Source of the DNA: a bacterium
Lineage (GTDB): Bacteria; Zhuqueibacterota; Zhuqueibacteria; Zhuqueibacterales; Zhuqueibacteraceae
Direction: 5' to 3'
Assembly: GCA_044869275.1 (NCBI GenBank)
Contig: JBIOXB010000185.1
Span: forward strand, 1-40,568
Length of the DNA: 40,568 bases
Positions 8,272 to 16,586 of this stretch are shown in pieces. A program made the position numbers and the translations under genes. Within the stretch, counting starts at the first letter, position 1. Each line of letters starts with the position of its first letter. The notes beneath the pieces were generated by a model, which made no database searches, was not told the origin of the DNA, and worked only from the letters and a program-made list of their open reading frames with translations.

Positions 8272-10650
8272 CTATTCATAACGCAACGTGGTGATAGGGT
8301 TTTTTGTCGCGGTCCTTATGGCTTGATAGCTGACCGCTGCAAACGCGATCAAAGAAGTCGTTAGGCCCGAGAGCAGAAATAGCGACAGGCCAGGCTCGAT
8401 CCGATACGCGTAGTCTTCCAGCCAAACAACTGCCAGGGCGTAGGCGATGGGCCACCCGATCACGTTTGCCAGCGCCACCAATTTCAGAAACTGCCGGGAC
8501 AGCAGCAGAATGATGCCGGGCACGGTGGCGCCGAGCACTTTACGGATGCCGACTTCTTTGGTTTTTTGTTCCACCAGCAACGAGGCCAGCCCAAAAAGCC
8601 CGAGGCAGGCGGTCAACAAGGCCAGCAGGGCGCCGGCGCCAATCAGCACGCTCCATTTTTCTTCGGCACGGTACAGATGATCGAAGTCCTCGTCCAGAAA
8701 TGAATAGGCAAATGTCTGCTCCGCAGCAAAGCGATCCCATACCGACTTGAGCTCCACGAGTGTCTGTTGCAGGTTGGCGGGAGACACTCGCATCAAAAGA
8801 TATGCAGCCGGTGTCTGCGGAAAGAGCACGAGCGGAGTGATTTTCTTGTGCAACGACTCGAAATGAAAATCTTTGATGACGCCGATGATGCGAGGGCGGC
8901 CCGAGGCGGTGCCGGCATCAAAAAGTGTTTTTCCCAGCGCTGCTTCCGGCGAGGCCCAGCCCATGGCACGAACTGCCTCCTCATTGATGAGGGCAACTTT
9001 TTTTGCGCCAAAATCCAGCGGCTGGGAGAAGTTTCTGCCCGCCGCAAGCTGGAGATCGAGCGTGGCAAGAAAATTTTCGTCCACCCAGTTCACTGCGGTC
9101 GTAAAAAATTGCTCCTCCGTGGAACCTTCCCAGCGCATGTGATCGCCGGCATGACCCTTGCCCGGCATGGCGTTGGCCCAGGCCACGCTTGCAACATTTG
9201 GCAGACGTAGAAACTCGGTGCGCAGCGCGCCGGGATTGCTGGTGATCGCGCCGTCCTTGACGCGCACGACGAGCACTTGTTCTTTTTGAAATCCCAATTT
9301 GGTGGTTTTCACATACTTGAGTTGGCTGTAAACCACCAGCGCACCGATGGCCATCACCGCTGCTGCGGAAAATTGCAGCACCACCAGCCCCTGGCGAATG
9401 CGAGAAAGTTTGACGCCTTTCTCCGAGGTTCCCTTCAGTATGGTCGCCGGCTGGAAACGGGAAACGAACAAAGCCGGATATGAACCGGCCGCCACACCCA
9501 GAACGATCGCCACTCCGAGTATGAGTACGACATGCCAGCCGCCTACAAATTCCAATACCGAAAGCTCTTTGCCGGAAAGAGTATTCACGAACGGCGTTGC
9601 CAGCTCTGCCAAGCCCAGGCTGAGCACGAGGGCGACAAAAACATAAACAAACGATTCACTCATGAACTGGAGAAAGAGCGATTTCCGGTGTGCGCCGGCT
9701 ACTTTGCGAATGCCGACCTCTTTTGCCCGGCTGGTGGATTGCGCTATCGAGAGATTGGTGTAATTGATGGCGGCGATGGCCAGAATGAGAAATGCAATGG
9801 CGGAGAGAATATAGACATACCGGATGTCGCTGTTGGCTTCGAATTCTGCCGAGATCTGTGAATGCAGATGGATATCGGTTAACGGCTGAAGCCGTAGCAC
9901 GGCTTTGCGATTGGGATCAATGCGCTCGGGAATGAACTTCGCAATTTTAGCATTCAAATCCGGTGCGGAAGCGGATTCTTTCAACAGTATGTAGGTTTTG
10001 AAGGCGTTCATGCCATAGCCGTTCAAAATCTGAGGCCCAAAGACGGAGGAGAGTGTCGAGAAAGAAACGATGAAATCAGGATGCAGATGCGAAGTATGCG
10101 GAACATCCGCGAGCACGCCGGCCACAGTAAGCTCGATCTCGGCATTGTAGCGCAGCTGCTTGCCGACCGGATTTTCCGCGCCGAAATATTTTCTTGCCGT
10201 GGTCTCTGTCAAGAGAATGGAGTTCGGTTTTTGCAACGCCGTCGCGCGGTCGCCGCGCACCAGGGGAAAAGAAAAGACAGACAGAAAAGCGGAATCTGCA
10301 AAAAACACTCGCTCCTCGATAAATCCCTGGTCGCCGTGCGCGAGCAGCGGCGCGAACCAATGCTTGAAAACACGGACAGATGCTTGGATTTCGGGGTAAT
10401 GTTCCGCCAGGGCTGGTCCAAGCGGAGCCGGGCCATTGGCGCTCTCGTCAAAACCCTCCAATTGAAACGTCACCCGAAAGATGCGTTCCGCCGCGGCGTG
10501 CATGCGATCATAGCGCAACTCGTCCTGGATATAGGCCGCAATCAAAAGGCAACAGGCCATCCCCACAGCCAGCCCAAGGACATTTAGCATGGAATAGCTT
10601 TTATGACGAGTAAAATGTCGTGCCGCGAGCTTGAGATGGCTTGATAGCAT
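8272..10650 (-). CDS. MacB/FtsX-like ABC transporter permease, paralog 3 (more divergent)
   Basis: MLSSHLKLAARH...IAAINYTNLSIA...QKTKEVGIRKVLGA...NPITTLRYE; SD GAGG upstream. Confidence 0.92.
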   Translation of the reverse strand: MLSSHLKLAARHFTRHKSYSMLNVLGLAVGMACCLLIAAYIQDELRYDRMHAAAERIFRVTFQLEGFDESANGPAPLGPALAEHYPEIQASVRVFKHWFAPLLAHGDQGFIEERVFFADSAFLSVFSFPLVRGDRATALQKPNSILLTETTARKYFGAENPVGKQLRYNAEIELTVAGVLADVPHTSHLHPDFIVSFSTLSSVFGPQILNGYGMNAFKTYILLKESASAPDLNAKIAKFIPERIDPNRKAVLRLQPLTDIHLHSQISAEFEANSDIRYVYILSAIAFLILAIAAINYTNLSIAQSTSRAKEVGIRKVAGAHRKSLFLQFMSESFVYVFVALVLSLGLAELATPFVNTLSGKELSVLEFVGGWHVVLILGVAIVLGVAAGSYPALFVSRFQPATILKGTSEKGVKLSRIRQGLVVLQFSAAAVMAIGALVVYSQLKYVKTTKLGFQKEQVLVVRVKDGAITSNPGALRTEFLRLPNVASVAWANAMPGKGHAGDHMRWEGSTEEQFFTTAVNWVDENFLATLDLQLAAGRNFSQPLDFGAKKVALINEEAVRAMGWASPEAALGKTLFDAGTASGRPRIIGVIKDFHFESLHKKITPLVLFPQTPAAYLLMRVSPANLQQTLVELKSVWDRFAAEQTFAYSFLDEDFDHLYRAEEKWSVLIGAGALLALLTACLGLFGLASLLVEQKTKEVGIRKVLGATVPGIILLLSRQFLKLVALANVIGWPIAYALAVVWLEDYAYRIEPGLSLFLLSGLTTSLIAFAAVSYQAIRTATKNPITTLRYE

Positions 10651-10686
10651 ACACGTACCTCGTTTGGTAATGCTGAAAATGTTGTG

Positions 10687-10755
10687 CGTAAGACGGCAAA
10701 CGTCAAACGTGAGACGTGAGACTTTTTACGTCTTACGTCTCACGTTTGACGTCTT
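10687..10755. repeat. Inverted heptamer hairpin (ACGTGAG/ACGTCAA family)
   Basis: Arms 10700-10722 and 10730-10752 are reverse complements at 22 of 23 positions, with a 7-nt loop. Confidence 0.9.
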
Positions 10756-10756
10756 G

Positions 10757-11026
10757 TCACTCGTACCGCAAACTCTCTACGGGATTTGCCACTGCCGCTT
10801 TGGCGGCCTGGAAGCTGACGGTCACAAACGCAATCAACAGGGCCGCGACGGTTGCGAGCAAAAAAGTCACGATGCCGAGATCGGTGCGATAGGCAAAATC
10901 TTCCAGCCACTTTCTCATGGCCACATAGGCGACCGGCCAGGCGATGAGGTTCGCCATCAACACCAGCTTGACAAATTCTTTGGAAAGCAATCCGATGATG
11001 CCCGCCACCGAGGCGCCCAGCACTTT
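10757..11026 (-). pseudogene. C-terminal 90-codon remnant of an ABC permease paralog
   Basis: KVLGASVAGIIGLLSKEFVKLV...ANPVESLRYE*; begins abruptly inside the conserved IRKVLGAS motif, fused directly to a repeat arm, with no native start. Confidence 0.88.
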
Positions 11027-11126
11027 GGCAAAGCGCAAAGAGCATGGCGCATAGCTTGTAAAAGACAAAGCGCCAAGTGCAAGCGCTGTTTATAAAACGC
11101 CATGCGCTTTGCCCTCTGCGCTATGC
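11025..11126. repeat. Empty copy of the four-helix-bundle cassette (heptamer hairpin with unique loop sequence)
   Basis: 11025-11086 matches 5271-5331 at 57/62 aligned positions and then continues directly into TGTTTATAA (matching 5724-5732) and the complementary arm. Confidence 0.88.
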
Positions 11127-13544
11127 TTATTCGTACCGCAACGCTTCCACCGGATTCGCCAGCGCGGCCTTGAGAGCATGGTAACTCACCGTCAATAGCG
11201 CAATCATCAGCGCCAGGCTGGCGGCGAGCAGGAACGCGCTGAGGCCCAGCTCGATGCGATAGGCAAAATTCTCCAGCCATCGCCTTATGGCATAGTAGGC
11301 CACGGGCCACGCCACGAGATTGGCAATCAGGACCAGTTTGACAAACTCCTGGGACAGGAGGGACACGATGCTGGGCACGTTTGCACCCAGGACTTTTCGA
11401 ATCCCAATCTCTTTCGTGCGCTGCTCGGTCGCGTAGGTTGCCAATCCCAGCAAGCCCAGGCACGCAATGAAAATGCCGAGACCGGAAAATGTGCCGAACA
11501 CTTTTCCCACGGTCTGTTCGGTGGCATAGCGCGCGCGCAATTCCTCGTCGAGAAAGAAATATATAAAAGGCTGTCCGCCGGTGAAGGACGCCCATTGGCG
11601 CTCCACGGCACGGATGATTTCCGGAAGGGCTCCTTGCACGCGCAGCAGGAGATAAGTGGCACCGCCCTGCGTCACCCGCAGCACCAGCGGCCGAATCGGT
11701 TGATGCAGTGATTCAAAGTGAAAATCTTTCAGTAAGCCGATGATCTCCATCGGCCGCATTTCCTTTTGCCCGAAAAATGCCGTGACTTTGCGCCCCACGG
11801 GATTTTCATAGCCCAGCAGCTTGGCCGCGGGGGCATTGATCAAAACAGCATGTGTCGAATCAGTGGTGAACTGTGAAGAAAAATTACGGCCCTCCTGCAA
11901 TGCAATCTTCAAAGTGGGAATGAATTCAAAATCCGTCCAGATGTGCCACAACAGCACCGGCTTGGAAGGGTCGCCGCCTTCGGGCAAAAAAGCTGAGTTG
12001 CCAATGTCTTTACCGGGAATGGTGTTGGCATAGGACGCCGAAAGGATGCCGGTGGTATTGAGCAGGGAGGTTTTGAAGCTGCGCGCTTGTTCCCCGCGCA
12101 GGAGCCAGGCATTATCCACCACCAGCACTTGTTCTTTGTCGAATCCGAGCGCCTTGTTTTGCACATAGGAGAGCTGCTGATGCACGATGATGGTTCCCAC
12201 CATCAACGCGATGGAGATGGTGAATTGGACGATCACCAAAGTGCTCCGCAACCAGCCACTGCGCATGCCGGTGCGCCATTCACCCTTCAGCACTTTCACT
12301 GGCTGAAAGGAGGAGAGCACGAATGCCGGATAGCTGCCGGCCAGCAGGCCGATGAACACGGAAAATAGCACGAGGCCGGGAATGAGCCGGAGGGCGCCAA
12401 AATCCGAAAGTGCCAGCTCTTTGCCGGTGAAGCTGTTGAAAGAAGGCAGTACCAGCTCGATCACACCAATGGTGATCAATATGGCCAGCACGCTGATCAG
12501 CATGGCTTCGCTCAAAAAAAGCTGCATCAGTTGTGCAGCGCGCGAGCCGAGCACTTTGCGCACACCGACTTCCTTCGCGCGCCGGGCCGAACGGGCGGTG
12601 CTGAGGTTCATGAAATTGATACAGGCGATGAGGAGAATGAAGGCGGCAATGAGCAGGAAAACGTAAACGTAAACGACGTTGCCATGGGGAGCGATATCGT
12701 TTTCAAGATGGGAGTGCAGATGAATGTCCGTCAGCGGTTGAAAAAGATAACGATAGCGCAATCCCGAGGCTTCCATTTCACGGAGCGAGGCGCCGAGCAC
12801 CTGCTGGAGCTGGGGATCCACGTACTTGGAGGTGATGGTTTGCAGCGTGGCTTCCGCTTGCTCGCGCGCGCTTCCGGCATTAAAGACGGCATACGTATAG
12901 AGATTGTTGCTGATCCAGACTTGGTCGTCGCCAAACTCGCGCGAATTCATGGAAACCAGGAAATCAAACTGCCAATGTGAAGTGGCCGGCAGTTTTTTGA
13001 CCACGCCGCTCACCGCATATTGCTCGCGTCCATCCATGAGCAGAGACTTGCCCAAAGGCGGTGACTCGCCAAAATACTTGCGCGCCATTTCATCGGTGAG
13101 GACGACGGTATGGGGTTTGGAGAGCGCGGTGCGCGCCTCGCCTGCCAGCATCGCAAACGTGAACACGTCAAAAATCGTCGAATCGGCGAAAAACAGTTTT
13201 TCTTCGTTGAAAGTTTTGTCTTCGTGGCGCACGGTGAAATTGCCCACGTGCCGAATGCGGGCCGCCGTTTCAATTCCCGGCAGCTCTTGCCGCAACGTCG
13301 CGGCCAGCGGTCCGCAGCTCGTGGCCGCTATCAAATCCTTGTCGTTGATGCGCGCATCCAGATACAAGCGGTAAGTGCGCTCCGCTTTTTCGTGAAACCG
13401 GTCATAATCGAGCTCGTTGCGCACGTACAATAAAATGAGCAAACAGCAGCTCATGCCGAGCACCAGCCCGGCAATGTTGATGGCGCTGTAGCCCTTTTGT
13501 TTCAGCAGATTTCTGAGGGCGATTTTGAGGTAGTTTTTGAGCAT
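11127..13544 (-). CDS. MacB/FtsX-like ABC transporter permease, paralog 4
   Basis: MLKNYLKIALRN...IACINFMNLSTAR..RAKEVGVRKV...QRTKEIGIRKVLGA...NPVEALRYE; SD AGGAG before ATG 13544. Confidence 0.93.
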   Translation of the reverse strand: MLKNYLKIALRNLLKQKGYSAINIAGLVLGMSCCLLILLYVRNELDYDRFHEKAERTYRLYLDARINDKDLIAATSCGPLAATLRQELPGIETAARIRHVGNFTVRHEDKTFNEEKLFFADSTIFDVFTFAMLAGEARTALSKPHTVVLTDEMARKYFGESPPLGKSLLMDGREQYAVSGVVKKLPATSHWQFDFLVSMNSREFGDDQVWISNNLYTYAVFNAGSAREQAEATLQTITSKYVDPQLQQVLGASLREMEASGLRYRYLFQPLTDIHLHSHLENDIAPHGNVVYVYVFLLIAAFILLIACINFMNLSTARSARRAKEVGVRKVLGSRAAQLMQLFLSEAMLISVLAILITIGVIELVLPSFNSFTGKELALSDFGALRLIPGLVLFSVFIGLLAGSYPAFVLSSFQPVKVLKGEWRTGMRSGWLRSTLVIVQFTISIALMVGTIIVHQQLSYVQNKALGFDKEQVLVVDNAWLLRGEQARSFKTSLLNTTGILSASYANTIPGKDIGNSAFLPEGGDPSKPVLLWHIWTDFEFIPTLKIALQEGRNFSSQFTTDSTHAVLINAPAAKLLGYENPVGRKVTAFFGQKEMRPMEIIGLLKDFHFESLHQPIRPLVLRVTQGGATYLLLRVQGALPEIIRAVERQWASFTGGQPFIYFFLDEELRARYATEQTVGKVFGTFSGLGIFIACLGLLGLATYATEQRTKEIGIRKVLGANVPSIVSLLSQEFVKLVLIANLVAWPVAYYAIRRWLENFAYRIELGLSAFLLAASLALMIALLTVSYHALKAALANPVEALRYE

Positions 13545-13556
13545 GGTTTTCTCCTG

Positions 13557-13626
13557 GCATAGCGCAAAGAGCATAGCGCATAGCACCATGCGCTATGCTC
13601 TTTGCGCTATGCGCCATGCGCTCTGC
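13557..13626. repeat. Inverted heptamer hairpin (GCATAGC family), perfect 25-bp stem
   Basis: 13557-13581 and 13588-13612 are exact reverse complements with loop agcacc; the element runs from the remnant stop codon to the SD of paralog 4. Confidence 0.92.
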
Positions 13627-13655
13627 TATTCGTACCGCAACGTCTCCACCGGATT
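13626..13655 (-). pseudogene. Nine-codon C-terminal scar of another ABC permease (NPVETLRYE*)
   Basis: The minus strand reads AAT CCG GTG GAG ACG TTG CGG TAC GAA TAG, matching the NPVEALRYE* terminus of the neighbouring paralogs; there is no permease sequence upstream. Confidence 0.8.
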
Positions 13656-13703
13656 TGGGCGAGCCTCTTCTCCTAAATGGCAGATTGCACCATTGCGGAA
13701 ATA

Positions 13704-13719
13704 TTCAAGAGTTATGCCA
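13704..13719 (-). promoter_or_regulatory. Candidate sigma-54 (-24/-12) promoter
   Basis: Minus strand TGGCATAACTCTTGAA vs consensus TGGCAC-N5-TTGC (correct spacing, GA at -12), followed downstream by an AGGAG SD. Confidence 0.55.
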
Positions 13720-13774
13720 GTATTGTTTATTCAAGCCTTAGAGATGAAATAATTGGGAGGCCGGTCTTGGGGAG

Positions 13775-13812
13775 TATCCGCTGACGGAACGGGCACTGTT
13801 CGCCAGGGGACA
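13775..13812. promoter_or_regulatory. Candidate tandem enhancer-binding-protein sites (UAS)
   Basis: Two imperfect palindromes, TATCCG-N4-CGGAAC (13775-13790) and TGTTCG-N4-GGGACA (13797-13812), 22 bp apart, centred about 90 and 110 bp upstream of the predicted sigma-54 start. Confidence 0.4.
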
Positions 13813-13935
13813 GCTACACTCAGGGTTCAGAGAGCCGGAATACAGTCAATTGCAAGTGAGGGACACGCCAAGCGCCGGATTGTCAAGCAAGCTGAGAACC
13901 GCGGATCTGCGGGCGGCGCTAACCAAAGGATTTTG

Positions 13936-13983
13936 AACACGGATGACGCGGAGAATACGGATTTTATTCGTGATTTATCCGCG
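13936..13983. repeat. Inverted nonamer hairpin (ACGCGGAT-type)
   Basis: aacacggat gacgcggag aatacggat ... attcgtgat ttatccgcg. Confidence 0.6.
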
Positions 13984-14045
13984 CTATGCTTTCGCCGGCA
14001 CGTCTCTACGCCGCCTTGAAACGACCCCAACGAGATGAGCCGTGC

Positions 14046-14074
14046 CGCTATGCGCTATGCCCTCTGCCCTAAGC
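14046..14074. repeat. Single arm of the GCATAGC heptamer family
   Basis: cgctatg cgctatg ccctctg ccctaag c, immediately after the paralog 5 stop; the partner arm is absent. Confidence 0.7.
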
Positions 14075-16498
14075 TCACTCATACCGCAACGCCTGCGCCG
14101 GATTGATGAGCGCGGCGCGCAAGGATTGGCTGAATACAGTGAGCACAGCAATGAAAAGTGCAATCACACTCGCGGCCAGCAGGGGCAGCGGTTCCATGTT
14201 GATGCGGTAAGCAAAGTTCTGCAGCCATTTCGACGCAGCATACCACGCCAGCGGCCAGGCCACGAGATTGGCCACTGCCACCCAGCGCACAAAATCCACC
14301 ACCAGCAACCGCACAATCACACTCGCCGAGGCGCCCACCACTTTGCGTACGCCGATTTCCTTCGTCCTTTGCACGGTGGCGTGGCTGGCCAAACCGAACA
14401 AACCCAAACAAGCAATTAGAATCGCCAGGCCGGAGAAAACATTGACGATGGTGCCGGTGTTGAGATCGCGGCGATAGAGCTTGGCAAATTCCTCATCCAG
14501 AAACTTGTAGCTGAACGGATAACTCGGATAAACTTTTTGCCAGACCTTTTCTGCCGTTTGCACGGCTTCTGAGATTCGCCCCGGTTGAACGCGTGCGGCG
14601 AGCAAATTGCCCGGCGCGCTGGCAATCGGGAAAATCACCACGGGCTCAATGTTCTGGTGCATCGCGGCAAAATGAAAATCTTTCACCACGCCGATGACGC
14701 GCGTGCCGACGGAATCATTCTGCCCGAAATACAATCGCCGGTTGAGCGGATCATTCCAGCCCAGCTTGCTGGCCGCAGTTTCGTTCATCATCACTGCCTC
14801 CACCGTATCCGTCGGCATTTCGCGGCTGAAATTTCTTCCCTTTGCGATTTGCATGCCGAGCGTGGGCATGGCTTCCGGACTGAGGGCAAGCGCGCTCCAA
14901 ATCCAAATGTCTTCATCGGAAACACCCTCGGGACGAACGCGCGTGCGGCCAAAAGTCCGGCCCGGCACGTTGCCCGCCTGCGCCGCGGAAATGAATGCGC
15001 TGTGCCGCATCAGTTCCTGGCGGAAAGTTTCCAAGCTCCGGCCCATGGCCTGATCGACCACGTCGAAAATCATCACCTGCTCGCGATTGTAACCCAAGTC
15101 TTTGTGTTGCACGTAGTGCAATTGCTTTTGAATGATGAGAGTGGCGCCGATCAACGCAATGGAAAGCGCGAATTGAAACACCACCAATCCAATGCGCAAG
15201 GCCGCGCCGCTTTTGCCGGAGCTAAAACTTCCTTTCAACACCGTGATGGGCTTGAAACCCGAGAGCACCACTGCAGGATATGAACCGGCGAGCAGACCCA
15301 CCAACAAAAGCAGCGCAAACAAGAACGCGAACAGCGCGCCGTTGTGTGTTAGTTTAAGAGAAAGAGAAGTTTGCGTTAATTGATTCAGTCCGGGCAACGC
15401 CAGAGCCGCCAGTGGAATGGCGAGCAGCAACGCCAGCAGAGTAATGAAAAACGATTCGCCCAGGAATTGTCCCATCAATTGCGATTGATACGAGCCCACG
15501 ACCTTGCGCAACCCGACTTCTTTGGCGCGGCCGGCGCTGCGCGCGGTGGAAAGATTCATGTAATTGACCGCGGCGATGATGAGAATGAGCAGGGCGATGG
15601 CCGCAAAAATGTACACGTTGTTGATATCGCCCTTGTTCGTCACCGCGTCGAAAATGACGTCGGTGGATTTGAGATGCACGTCCAATAACGGCTGCAACAC
15701 CACGTCAAAATTCGGCGAGACGTCGTTATCACGCGCTAGTTTGGTAAATTTTTCCGCCAGTCCTCCCGCAACGGCGCCGCCGGCGAGCCGGACATACGTC
15801 GGCATGGCAATGGCTTTCCAAGTCTCCGTGAAGACGGGCTGGTTGGAATTGGGCGGTTGACTGGCCTTGGCTTGCGAGGTAATGGTCGAAATGGCGCCCA
15901 GCGCATCAAATTCCAGATGCGTGTTGTCCGGCAAGTCCGCGAGAATGCCGGTGATTTGCAGCGCCGTGCCGTCGCCGTCCTTTACGGTCTTGCCTATCGG
16001 GTCCTCCTCGCCGAAGAGCTGTTTGGCCAATGAGGCGGTGAGCACAAGGCTGAACGGCTGTGCTAATGCCGTTGCCGGATCACCCTGCAACAACGGCCAA
16101 TCGAAAAAATCAAAAAAGTTCGCATCGGCAGAGCGCAATTGCTGGGCATAAATGGCCGGGCGATTCTCGCCCGGTCGAGACAACAGCGTTTGTCCGCCAA
16201 AGGTGAGCCGCAGTGCAGCTTCCACTTCGGGAAACGCGCCGGGCAGTGCCGGCCCCATCGCGGGCATGGAAATCCCGACGCGTTGATTGTGCGTGCCCAG
16301 CGCTTTGTCTATGGTCAGCACGCGATAAATGCGGCCGGCGTTGGCATGCATGCTTTCAAACGACAATTCGTTCTGAATGAAGAGCAGAATCAGAATGCAC
16401 GCCGCCATGCCGATCGCCAAGCCGGCGATGTTAATGAAGGAATAGCCTTTGTGCCGCAAAAGATTTCGAAACGCAATGATGAGATAATTTTTGAACAT
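14075..16498 (-). CDS. MacB/FtsX-like ABC transporter permease, paralog 5
   Basis: MFKNYLIIAFRN...IAAVNYMNLSTAR..RAKEVGLRKV...QRTKEIGVRKVVGAS...NPAQALRYE; GGAG SD favours ATG 16498. Confidence 0.93.
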   Translation of the reverse strand: MFKNYLIIAFRNLLRHKGYSFINIAGLAIGMAACILILLFIQNELSFESMHANAGRIYRVLTIDKALGTHNQRVGISMPAMGPALPGAFPEVEAALRLTFGGQTLLSRPGENRPAIYAQQLRSADANFFDFFDWPLLQGDPATALAQPFSLVLTASLAKQLFGEEDPIGKTVKDGDGTALQITGILADLPDNTHLEFDALGAISTITSQAKASQPPNSNQPVFTETWKAIAMPTYVRLAGGAVAGGLAEKFTKLARDNDVSPNFDVVLQPLLDVHLKSTDVIFDAVTNKGDINNVYIFAAIALLILIIAAVNYMNLSTARSAGRAKEVGLRKVVGSYQSQLMGQFLGESFFITLLALLLAIPLAALALPGLNQLTQTSLSLKLTHNGALFAFLFALLLLVGLLAGSYPAVVLSGFKPITVLKGSFSSGKSGAALRIGLVVFQFALSIALIGATLIIQKQLHYVQHKDLGYNREQVMIFDVVDQAMGRSLETFRQELMRHSAFISAAQAGNVPGRTFGRTRVRPEGVSDEDIWIWSALALSPEAMPTLGMQIAKGRNFSREMPTDTVEAVMMNETAASKLGWNDPLNRRLYFGQNDSVGTRVIGVVKDFHFAAMHQNIEPVVIFPIASAPGNLLAARVQPGRISEAVQTAEKVWQKVYPSYPFSYKFLDEEFAKLYRRDLNTGTIVNVFSGLAILIACLGLFGLASHATVQRTKEIGVRKVVGASASVIVRLLVVDFVRWVAVANLVAWPLAWYAASKWLQNFAYRINMEPLPLLAASVIALFIAVLTVFSQSLRAALINPAQALRYE

Positions 16499-16514
16499 TG
16501 AGGGCTCCAGCATG

Positions 16515-16586
16515 CAGTGACCAGTGTTCAGTGATCAGTATCCATTCCATGGAGGGCTGATGACTCATCACCATGTTCCGGTCACT
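16515..16586. repeat. Heptamer repeat element (CAGTGAT family) with degenerate inverted arm
   Basis: cagtgac cagtgtt cagtgat cagtatc ... ctgatga ctcatca ... ccggtca ct. Confidence 0.65.

Noticed and set aside
13756..13880. Possible structured ncRNA or riboswitch (CCGGTCTTGG...CCAAGCGCCGG closing stem; GGGGAGTA resembles yybP-ykoY; GGGTTCA resembles 6S)
   Set aside because: The other conserved elements of those families are missing, and the internal palindromes fit enhancer sites better. An Rfam/Infernal scan would settle it.
14030..14050. GAGCCGTG resembling the start of group II intron domain V
   Set aside because: No complementary 3' half, no domain VI and no maturase.
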